Positions 52,961 through 64,000 of a DNA stretch of 64,000 nucleotides are shown piece after piece. The position numbers were made by a program, and so were the translations under genes. Every line of letters starts with the position of its first letter. Within the stretch, counting starts at the first letter, position 1. The notes under the pieces were generated by a model. The model was not told the origin of the DNA. It ran no database searches and saw only the letters and a list, made by a program, of their open reading frames with translations. The stretch is from Balanoglossus misakiensis (Eukaryota > Animalia > Hemichordata), in the NCBI GenBank assembly GCA_040954595.2, contig CM082577.2, positions 17,057,903-17,121,902 on the forward strand, written 5' to 3'.

Positions 52961-53729
52961 GGCAGAAATGTTGCAACTGATTCCTGAACCGAGAAAGAAG
53001 TAAGAAGAGAAAAAGCTGGCGAAACTGACGATCCAATGGTCTGCTTCAGAAGGAAACGAGAACAGAAAAAAGGTTGGTGCTGACTGTTGACTGCATGGCA
53101 TGCGTGGACGGGTTTTCAACGACCGGATGTGTTGTTTGATCAGAGGGGCGTCGTATCCAGAAGCATGTAGTTGAAGCAGTTCGGGCGACGAAGAAAAGAG
53201 GTCTCGTGGAATGAAGAAGGGAAGACTCTTGAATCGTCTGCTATCGCAAAAGAACTGTGATAGAATGACATTGAACTGAATAATCAGCCCTTTTAATCTA
53301 TAGTTTGGGAGATTTGATCATTGAAATATTGCGTGATCGTATTTTCTTTGTCTACTTTGATGACGTGAGTTGACTGACCGTTATTAACCGCTTTTGATTT
53401 GATATTGTTTTCCACCAAGTTTTTGCCTTGTTTTCGACATTGTAAATGTGTATTCTTTTGTTGAAGTGATGCCGTGAAATGTAGTGAAGTTTTATAGGTT
53501 TTTGAGGAGTTGTTGAAGTTTTTGTGATGACCGCAAGAGAGACGGTCTGGTGATGAAGTCGTGATGTTTTAATGACCGCAAGGGAGACGGTCTGGCGTAT
53601 GAAAATGGCCCTTTGAGTTGGCATGTGAGTTCATACGAGGGACAAGAGAGAAGTCCCAGAGTGTAGTTGAAGTTAAGCGTGATTTTATTGTAGTCTTACG
53701 CATCCTTTCACATAAGAATTCGTTTTCAT

Positions 53730-54626
53730 TGTCGTGGTTATTTTTGAACGTGACAGTATGATGAAGTGTATTATGTTTGTACGAAAGAACTATCAGACTT
53801 GATTGTTACGCGGTTATTGACTGTTGAATTTTGCACTGGAAAAGAGACACTCTTTGACGAGAAGTCAGAACAGTGAAGTCGTTTTGAATTTCGACATTGA
53901 AAACGTTTTATGCGATTTTCTTCAATTTGTTTGAACAGGCTGTGATATTTTAAAGGTGATTATTGAGTTTGATTTTGACGTAGTTTATTTAAAACCGATA
54001 GCGCAGACCTGGTTTTCGTTTTCATTCTTTCTTTGATCGAACGTGGAAGTTCGATTATTGGAAAAGTGGGAAGTGTCACGATTGAGTTTTAACGATCATA
54101 GATCTTGTTTATGATTAAGTAAGAAGTCATTCACTTGTATGGTTTTAGTCCAGTATTGACATAGGTACTTGACCCAGAGTAAACAAGATTGTGTAATTGA
54201 TACATGTCAGAAGGAGATAGAGATATCACGCGCTAAGTTCATGTTTAAGAAATATTAAGATGATGTGTTCCTTTTATGACTTAATACTTGACTAACGTAT
54301 TAATAAGGTGTGGTGAAATTTGGGATCACACGTTTATAACCGGAGATCCGTGATGGGAGTCAACGAGCATGGATCGAGTCGTGTAATTCTTACGTGTAAC
54401 CAGTAATAAACCAGAACTTTGTGTTACTCGGAAAACTTGTTGTAAGTCTCTGTCTACGAAAGGTTTACGATCTGCCGGGTACCTCTCTCGGACTTTATGA
54501 ATATGTTGGGTGGAGAAGGAGATGGAGAGAAGTTACGCCGTCAACCTTCGGACGTGGCTGATTCCCCGCAGAAGCCTCCGAAGGAGGTGAATGTCCGAAG
54601 GACGGCGGGCGGGCGTAATAATAACA
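53730..54626 (+). repeat. Putative captured LTR of a second family (~897 bp) inside the element
   Basis: Starts TGTCGTGG exactly where the two internal duplicate copies diverge, has AATAAA near 54405, ends ATAACA and is followed by CA plus a second PBS-like TGGTGTTAGAA. Confidence 0.55.
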
Positions 54627-54636
54627 CATGGTGTTA

Positions 54637-55418
54637 GAATCCGGGTAGGCAGAAATGTTGCAACTGATTCCTGAACCGAGAAAGAAGTAAGAAGAGAAAA
54701 AGCTGGCGAAACTGACGATCCAATGGTCTGCTTCAGAAGGAAACGAGAACAGAAAAAAGGTTGGTGCTGACTGTTGACTGCATGGCATGCGTGGACGGGT
54801 TTTCAACGACCGGATGTGTTGTTTGATCAGAGGGGCGTCGTATCCAGAAGCATGTAGTTGAAGCAGTTCGGGCGACGAAGAAAAGAGGTCTCGTGGAATG
54901 AAGAAGGGAAGACTCTTGAATCGTCTGCTATCGCAAAAGAACTGTGATAGAATGACATTGAACTGAATAATCAGCCTTTTTAATCTATAGTTTGGGAGAT
55001 TTGATCATTGAAATATTGCGTGATCGTATTTTCTTTGTCTACTTTGATGACGTGAGTTGACTGACCGTTATTAACCGCTTTTGATTTGATATTGTTTTCC
55101 ACCAAGTTTTTGCCTTGTTTTCGACATTGTAAATGTGTATTCTTTTGTTGAAGTGATGCCGTGAAATGTAGTGAAGTTTTATAGGTTTTTGAGGAGTTGT
55201 TGAAGTTTTTGTGATGACCGCAAGAGAGACGGTCTGGTGATGAAGTCGTGATGTTTTAATGACCGCAAGGGAGACGGTCTGGCGTATGAAAATGGCCCTT
55301 TGAGTTGGCATGTGAGTTCATACGAGGGACAAGAGAGAAGTCCCAGAGTGTAGTTGAAGTTAAGCGTGATTTTATTGTAGTCTTACGCATCCTTTCACAT
55401 AAGAATTCGTTTCCATTG
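54637..55418 (+). repeat. Second copy of the ~780-bp post-PBS internal leader (first copy 52950-53731, offset 1687)
   Basis: Near-identical by eye; identical 90-aa track ORFs at 53352 and 55039. Confidence 0.93.
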
Positions 55419-55613
55419 GATATGTGTGCGAAGGTTTTATGAGCACATACTATTTTAAGTTTATATGTACTTTTATTCTGTAGTAATTTTTGTATTGTAA
55501 TTTTATAATTTTTTAAGACAATCACTTCATAGACATGACTCGATTTTTTTCAAATATACCCTTGGTGTACTACTCTTTAAGAGATTTGTGTCCAATGCGG
55601 GACGCATTGGTTT

Positions 55614-55626
55614 AAAAGGAGGGGAG
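55614..55626 (+). promoter_or_regulatory. Polypurine tract
   Basis: AAAAGGAGGGGAG lies immediately before the 3' LTR. Confidence 0.9.
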
Positions 55627-56157
55627 TGTTACGATCTGTATAAAGGTCAAATACGATTTCAAGGGTTAATTAATCCAGAGCTCGGAAATGTCAATGTTTG
55701 ATAGTATTTGATTTTATGTATTTGAAGTAGATAGGGAGAGCGGGTGTTTACCTGACTGCTCTGATTGTCAATCATCACCGAACTGACTTTGTTATATAAC
55801 ACTTTATGTAAATTGGTACGTATAGAGTTGACTGATGCCCAATGAAATTGTAACACATTGTATTTGTGATATTTTACATTATTAACCACGCCTTGAGAAA
55901 AGTAATTATAAGAGAACCTTGTTTCCAAAGTTGGGGAGAAATAATCTAACGGGAGATGGGAGTACCTCAGGCTACTGAGTTTGTTCCCTTCCTCATGTAC
56001 TTTACTGGGCGTATTTGATGTACTGGAGTAGTTCTGGACAATAAATGAACGTGAATCAGATACGTGTCTCCGTGGATCACTGTTCTCGTCAGAGCCCGAT
56101 ACCTCATCGCTACAGATTCCCCGATGCATGAACAATCATGAGAAACCAGCCGTAATA
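55627..56157 (+). repeat. 3' LTR (531 bp)
   Basis: Direct repeat of 52410-52940, followed by TSD CTGG. Confidence 0.95.
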
Positions 56158-59100
56158 CTGGCATGGCTGATGCCCCGGCACTATAGGACACAGACTGGCG
56201 TAAGTAAACAACGGTGATCACGTCGGATTTCCTTCGGACTGGCTCTGCAAAAGACCCGGCACTCTAGTACAAAGACGTAGCCTAAGTCGGACAAACCGAA
56301 GAGGGAAAGTCACAGCGGGCCAACACTCGACATTTGTTCGGGTAGGACTGCATTATTGCCTGTCAATTTATAGAGAAAGCGCGCATTTAACCAGGGCGTT
56401 TCAAACACCGACGTTAGTTGGGGGCACGGCCTGCAGTACTGCCGGGTAAGCAGACATCAGCCTACCACATATAATGTAGGGGTGGGGGGAAACAGAACGG
56501 TTCAACTCTACTTTTATGAGATATCAGCTAATTTTGGTCAATCATCTAAAAGCTAAATCATTTTTTTCTTATTTGGATATCTGATGATGTATGAAATTTC
56601 CATTATATGTAAAAATGGTGCTGATTCTAAAAAATGCACTCTGAATGAGCTGATTTAATACAAAATTTCGTTTTATTCATTTTTGCACCAAAAATGTCAT
56701 TTTTAGGCAAAACATTCTTTATTTTTTGAATTCGGTGACCTGATCATATATAAACAATTGCTTGTATGTTAAAAGTTTTTATGACTTTTAAAAGCAGTGA
56801 CACTGGCGGCATTCAAGACGAAAATAACAATTTTAGCCAAAATTTGGTCAAAAATGGTAAATTTTTGAAAATTACAAAAATTACCGTTTTCTACATTTTC
56901 GGAAATCTGATGGAGTAATGAATGTTCTTCGTATGTATGTATCGATACAAATTACACAAAAGAAGTCTATTTTGGCTCACTGCAGACAAAATTGCGTTTT
57001 ATCAAATTTTGCTTGAAAATGTCATTTTTAGAAAACAAAATAAAAAAATCTTTGTTCTTCGAATTTGGTGCCCTGATCATATATGACATGTTGATTGTAT
57101 GTTAAAAGTTTCGACCACTCCAAAAATGCAGAGATATTGACGGAATTCAAGACAAAATAGCCATTTTGGCCATATTTTGACAAAAATGGTAATTTTTTAA
57201 AAAATCCTAAAAATTAACTCTTTTCTTCATTTTCGGAAATATTATGGAGCATGAAGTGTCGTTCTCTTGCAAAAAGTGCTGCAAATTCCAGAAAAGGCGG
57301 TATAATTTGAATCACCCAAGACAAAATTACCATTTTCGACTTTGTTTCAAAAAATTGTCATTTTTACAAAATAAATAAGAATCAATTCTTTCCTTTGTTT
57401 CAAACGGGTAGAGATACTTTCCACACGGGTTTTCTAACATTGAATTCCCGTTCATCAACTCAGATTTCCTACAACATAAGTCGGCTAAAACCCTGATACT
57501 CTAGAGCAGAAACAGTTGCACACTGGCAACGTTGAACAAGTCAATGTTTCTACTGCCTGGCTCGGCTAAATCTCCGTCACAATATGACAGACACTAGCGT
57601 ACGTTAGCAACGGTGATCAAGTCAGATTTCTACGGCATGGCTTGGCTAAAGCCCTGGCACTCTACATCAGAAACACGCGTACAGAGACCACGTTGATAAA
57701 CTCACATTTCCTTCGGCCTGGCACGGCTGATGCCCCGGCACTATAGAACACAGACTGGCGTAAGTTAACAACAGTAATAACGTCGGGTTTCCTAAGGCCT
57801 GGCTCAGCTGAAGCCCCGGCACTCTAGAGCAGAAACAGGCGTACATTGACCACGTTGATCAAGTCAGATTTCCTACGGCATGGCTCGGCTGAAGCCCCGG
57901 CACTATATGACACAGACTGGCGTAAGTTATCAACGGTGATTACGTCGGATTTACTACGGACTGGCTTAGCTGTAGCCCCGGCACTTTAGAGCGGAAAAAC
58001 GCGTACATTGACCACGACGATCAAATCAGATCTCCTACGGCCTGGCTCGACTAAAACCCCGGCACACCTTGACAGACATTAGCGTTCGTTAGCAACGTTG
58101 ATCAAGTCAGATTTCCTACGGCATAGCTTGGCTAAAGCCCTGGCACTCTAGAGCAGAAACACGCGTATACAGAGACCACGTTGGTCAACTCACATTTACT
58201 TCGGCCTGGCACGGCTGATGCCCCGGCACTATAGGACACAGACTGGCGTAAGTTAACAACGGTAATCACGTCGGGTTTCCTACGGCCTGGGTCAGCTGAA
58301 GTCCCGGCACTCTAGAGCAGAAACAGGCGTACAGAGACCACGTTGATCAACTCACATTTCCTTCGGCCTGGCACGGCTGATGCCCCGGCACTATAGGACA
58401 CAGACTGGCGTAAGTAAACAACGGTGATCACGTCGGATTTCCTTCGGACTGGCTCTGCAAAAGACCCGGCACTCTAGTACAAAGACGTTGCCTAAGTCGG
58501 ACAAACCGAAGAGGGAAAGTCACAGCGGGCCAACACTCGACATTTGTTCGGGTAGGACTGCATTATTGCCTGTCAATTTATAGAGAAAGCCCGCATTTAA
58601 CCAGGGCGTTTCAAACACCGACGTTAGTTGGGGGCACGGCCTGCAGTACTGCCGGGTAAGCAGACATAAGCCTACCGCATATAATGTACTGGTGGGGGGA
58701 AACAGAACGGTTCAACACTACTTTTATGAGATATCAGCTAATTTTGGTCAATCATCTAAAATCTAAATCATTTTTTCTTATTTGGATATCTGATGATGTA
58801 TGAAATTTCCATTATATGTAAAAATGGTGCTGATTCTAAAAAATGCACTCTGAATGAGCTGATTTAATACAAAATTTCGTTTTATTCATTATTGCATCAA
58901 AAAGGTCATTTTTGGGCAAAACATCCTTTATTTTTTGAATTCGGTGACCTGATCATATATAAACAATTGCTTGTATGTTAAAAGTTTTTATGACTTTTAA
59001 AAGCAGTGACACTGGCGGCATTCAAGACGAAAATAACAATTTTAGCCAACATTTGGTCAAAAATGGTAAATTTTTGAAAATTACAAAAAATAACTGTTTT

Positions 59101-62100
59101 CTACATTTTCGGAAATCTGATGGAGTAATGAATGCTCTTCGTATGTATGTATCAATACAAATTACACAAAAAGAAGTCTAATTTGGCTCACTGCAGACAA
59201 AATTGCGTTTTATCAAATTTTGCTTGAAAATGTCATTTTTAGAAAACAAAATAAAAAAACCTTTGTTCTTCGAATTTGGTGCCCTGATAATATATGACAT
59301 GTTGATTGTATTTTAAAGTTTCGACCACTCCAAAAATGCAGAGATATTGACGGAATTCAAGACAAAATAGCCATTTTGGCCATATTTTGACAAAAATGGT
59401 AATTTTTTAAAAAATCCTAAAAATTAACTCTTTTCTTCATTTTCAGAAATATTATGGAGCATGAAGTGTCGTTCTCTTGCAAAAAATGCTGCAAATTCCA
59501 GAAAAGGCGGTATAATTTGAATCACCCAAGACAAAATTACCATTTTCGACTTTGTTTCGAAAAATTGTCATTTTTACAAAATAAATAAGAATCAATTCTT
59601 TCCTTAGTTTCAAACGGGTAGAGATACTTTCCACACGGGTTTTCTAACATTGAATTCCCGTTCATCAACTCAGATTTCCTACAGCATAAGTCGGCTAAAA
59701 CCCTGATACTCTAGAGCAGAAACAGTTGCACACTGGCAACGTTGAACAAGTCAATTTTTCTACTGCCTGGCTCGGCTAAATCTCCGTCACAATATGACAG
59801 ACACTAGCGTACGTTAACAACGGTGATCAAGTCAGATTTAACGCATGGCTTGGCTAAAGCCCTGCAACTCTACATCAGAAACACGCGTACAGAGACCACG
59901 TTGATGAACTCACATTTCCTTCGGCCTGGCACGGCTGATGTCCCGGCACTATAGAACACAGACTGGCGTAAGTTAACAACAGTAATAACGTCGGGTTTCC
60001 TACGGCCTGGCTCGGCTTAAACCCCGGCACTCTAGAGCAGAAACAGGCGTACATTGACCACGTTGATCAAGTCAGATTTCCTACGGCATGGCTCGGCTGA
60101 AGCCCCGGCACTATATGACACAGACTGGCGTAAGTTAATAACAGTAATAACGTCGGATTTACTACGGACTGGCTTAGCTGTAGCCCCGGCACTTTAGAGC
60201 GGAAACACGCAAACATTGACCACGATGATCAAGTCAGATCTCCTACGGCCTGGCTCGACTAAAACCCCGGCACACCTTGACAGACATTAGCGTTCGTTAG
60301 CAACGTTGATCAAGTCAGATTTCCTACGGCATAGCTTGGCTAAAGCCCTGGCACTCTAGAGCAGAAACACGCGTACAGAGACCACGTTGATCAACTCACA
60401 TTTCCTTCGGCCTGGCACGGCTGATGCCCCGGCACTATAGGACACAGACTGGCGTAAGTTAACAACGGTAATCACGTCGGGTTTCCTTCGGCCTGGGTCA
60501 GCTGAAGCCCCGGCACTCTAGAGCAGAAACAGGCGTACATTGACCACGTTGATGAAGTCAGATTTCCTACGGCCTGGCTCGGCTGATGCCCCGGCACTAT
60601 AGGACACAGACTGGCGTAAGTAAACAACGGTGATCACGTCGGATTTCCTTCGGACTGGCTCTGCAAAAGACCCGGCACTCTAGTACAAAGACGTTGCCTA
60701 AGTCGGACAAACCGAAGAGGGAAAGTCACAGCGGGCCAACACTCGACATTTGTTCGGGTAGGACTGCATTATTGCCTGTCAATTTATAGAGAAAGCCCGC
60801 ATTTAACCAGGGCCTTTGAAACACCGACGTTAGTTGGGGGCACGGCGTGCAGTACTGCCGGGTAAGCAGACATAAGCATACCGCATATAATGTAGGGGTG
60901 GGGGGGGGGAAACAGAACGGTTCAACACTACTTTTATGAGATATCAGCTAATTTTGGTCAATCATCTAAAATCTAAATCATTTTTTCTTATTTGGATATC
61001 TGATGATGTATGAAATTCCCATTATATGTAAAAATGGTGCTGATTCTAAAAAATGCACTCTGAATGAGCTGATTTAATACAAAATTTCGTTTTATTCATT
61101 TTTGCACCAAAAAGGTCATTTTTGGGCAAAACATCCTTTATTTTTTGAATTCGGTGACCCACCATATATAAACAATTGCTTGTATGTTAAAAGTTTTTAT
61201 GACTTTTAAAAGCAGTGACACTGGCGGCATTCAAGACGAAAATAACAATTTCAGCCAACATTTGGTCAAAAATGGTAAATTTTTGAAAATTACAAAAAAT
61301 AACTGTTTTCTACATTTTCGGAAATCTGATGGAGTAATGAATGCTCTTCGTATGTATGTATCGATACAAATTACACAAAAAGAAGTCTAATTTGGCTCAC
61401 TGCAGACAAAATTGCGTTTTATCAAATTTTGCTTGAAAATGTCATTTTTAGAAAACAAAATAAAAAAACCTTTGTTCTTCGAATTTGGTGCCCTGATCAT
61501 ATATGACATGTTGATTGTATGTTAAAAGTTTCGACCACTCCAAAAATGCAGAGATATTGACGGAATTCAAGACAAAATAGCCATTTTGGTCATATTTTGA
61601 CAAAAATGGTAATTTTTTAAAAATTCCTAAAAATTATCTCTTTTCTTCGTTTTCAGAAATATTATTGAGCATGAAGTGTCGTTCTCTTGTAAAAAGTGCT
61701 GCAAATTCCAGAAAAGGCGGTATAATTTGAATCACCCAAGACAAAATTACCATTTTCGACTTTTTTTTTCTCGAAAAATTGTCATTTTTACAAAATAAAT
61801 AAGAATCAATTCTTTTCTTAGTTTCAAACGGGTAGAGATACTTTCCACACGGGTTTTCTAACATTGAATTCCCGTTCATCAACTCAGATTTCCTACAGCA
61901 TAAGTCGGCTAAAACCCTGACACTCTAGAGCAGAAACAGTTGCACACTGGCAACGTTGAACAAGTCAATTTTTCTACTGCCTGGCTCGGCTATAACTCCG
62001 TCACAATATGACAGACACTAGCGTACGTTAGCAACGGTGATCAAGTCAGATTTCTACGGCATGGCTTGGCTAAAGCCCTGGCACTCTAGATCAGAAACAT

Positions 62101-64000
62101 GCGTACAGAGACCACGTTGATAAACTCACATTTCCTTCGGCCTGGCACGGCTGATGCCCCGGCACTATAGGACACAGACTGGCGTAAGTTAACAACGGTA
62201 ATCACGTCGGGTTTCCTTCGGCCTGGGTCAGCTGAAGCCCCGGCACTCTAGAGCAGAAACAGGCGTACATTGACCACGTTGATGAAGTCAGATTTCCTAC
62301 GGCCTGGCTCGGCTGATGCCCCGGCACTATAGGACACAGACTGGCGTAAGTAAACAACGGTGATCACGTCGGATTTCCTTCGGACTGGCTCTGCAAAAGA
62401 CCCGGCACTCTAGTACAAAGACGTTGCCTAAGTCGGACAAACCGAAGAGGGAAAGTCACAGCGGGCCAACACTCGACATTTGTTCGGGTAGGACTGCATT
62501 ATTGCCTGTCAATTTATAGAGAAAGCCCGCATTTAACCAGGGCCTTTCAAACACCGACGTTAGTTGGGGGCACGGCGTGCAGTACTGCCGGGTAAGCAGA
62601 CATAAGCATACCGCATATAATGTAGGGGTGGGGGGAAACAGAACGGTTCAACACTACTTTTATGAGATATCAGCTAATTTTGGTCAATCATCTAAAATCT
62701 AAATCATTTTTTCTTATTTGGATATCTGATGATGTATGAAATTTCCATTATATGTAAAAATGGTGCTGATTCTAAAAAATGCACTCTGAATGAGCTGATT
62801 TAATACAAAATTTCGTTTTATTCATTTTTGCACCAAAAAGGTCATTTTTGGGCAAAACATCCTTTATTTTTTGAATTCGGTGACCCACCATATATAAACA
62901 ATTGCTTGTATGTTAAAAGTTTTTATGACTTTTAAAAGCAGTGACACTGGCGGCATTCAAGACGAAAATAACAATTTCAGCCAACATTTGGTCAAAAATG
63001 GTAAATTTTTGAAAATTACAAAAAATAACTGTTTTCTACATTTTCGGAAATCTGATGGAGTAATGAATGCTCTTCGTATGTATGTATCGATACAAATTAC
63101 ACAAAAAGAAGTCTAATTTGGCTCACTGCAGACAAAATTGCGTTTTATCAAATTTTGCTTGAAAATGTCATTTTTAGAAAACAAAATAAAAAAACCTTTG
63201 TTCTTCGAATTTGGTGCCCTGATCATATATGACATGTTGATTGTATGTTAAAAGTTTCGACCACTCCAAAAATGCAGAGATATTGACGGAATTCAAGACA
63301 AAATAGCCATTTTGGTCATATTTTGACAAAAATGGTAATTTTTTAAAAATTCCTAAAAATTATCTCTTTTCTTCGTTTTCAGAAATATTATTGAGCATGA
63401 AGTGTCGTTCTCTTGTAAAAAGTGCTGCAAATTCCAGAAAAGGCGGTATAATTTGAATCACCCAAGACAAAATTACCATTTTCGACTTTTTTTTTCTCGA
63501 AAAATTGTCATTTTTACAAAATAAATAAGAATCAATTCTTTTCTTAGTTTCAAACGGGTAGAGATACTTTCCACACGGGTTTTCTAACATTGAATTCCCG
63601 TTCATCAACTCAGATTTCCTACAGCATAAGTCGGCTAAAACCCTGACACTCTAGAGCAGAAACAGTTGCACACTGGCAACGTTGAACAAGTCAATTTTTC
63701 TACTGCCTGGCTCGGCTATAACTCCGTCACAATATGACAGACACTAGCGTACGTTAGCAACGGTGATCAAGTCAGATTTCTACGGCATGGCTTGGCTAAA
63801 GCCCTGGCACTCTAGATCAGAAACATGCGTACAGAGACCACGTTGATAAACTCACATTTCCTTCGGCCTGGCACGGCTGATGCCCCGGCACTATAGGACA
63901 CAGACTGGCGTAAGTTAACAACGGTAATCACGTCGGGTTTCCTTCGGCCTGGGTCAGCTGAAGCCCCGGCACTCTAGAGCAGAAACAGGCGTACATTGAC

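Larger units (their letters stand above)
52410..56157 (+). mobile_element. Non-autonomous LTR retrotransposon (3748 bp, no gag/pol), recently inserted in an 81-bp monomer
   Basis: CTGG TSD at 52406-52409 and 56158-56161, two 531-bp LTRs, PBS and PPT. Removing the element plus one TSD gives a 1561-bp unit, the same length as the preceding unit. Confidence 0.95.
13115..64000. repeat. Hierarchical tandem macrosatellite, ~21 units plus one partial, modal unit 2208-2210 bp, continuing past the window
   Basis: Landmark GTATGTT (ATG) recurs at 18026, 20234, 23415, 24835, 26262, 27689, 29116, 31973, 34702, 37445, 39658, 41379, 43264, 45473, 47682, 49892, 51453, 56766, 58975, 61184 and 62910. Homology begins at AGCCCGCATTTAACC (13115). 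Confidence 0.97.

Noticed and set aside
17828-64000. Array as an rDNA, 5S, tRNA or histone gene cluster
   Set aside because: No recognisable rRNA, tRNA or histone sequence was found in the unit on either strand.

Overview
Eukaryotic (intron-containing, probably marine invertebrate) repeat-rich window with no recognisable host gene. 1-11.3 kb is a nest of mobile elements. A decayed Ty3/Gypsy element (RT-RNaseH-integrase, PPT, 300-bp 3' LTR) is cut at its 5' side by the start of a PHD-finger ORF on the minus strand (probably LINE ORF1). It is also split by a 6.86-kb ISL2EU-type DNA transposon (12-bp TIRs, AT TSD), which carries a Harbinger-type MITE in an intron. The two spliced genes of that transposon (THAP-HTH-DDE transposase on minus, SWIM-YqaJ exonuclease on plus) are interleaved: each catalytic last exon lies in the last intron of the other, and the two acceptors are 66 bp apart. 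From 13.1 kb to the window end is a hierarchical macrosatellite of about 21 units (modal ~2.2 kb): an AT-rich block, alternating 81-bp A/B monomers and a conserved terminal block. It is interrupted by a 4.5-kb Helentron-like non-autonomous element and by a recent 3.75-kb non-coding LTR element that seems to carry a captured foreign LTR and a hybrid PBS. All calls come from manual reading and translation; no database search was run.
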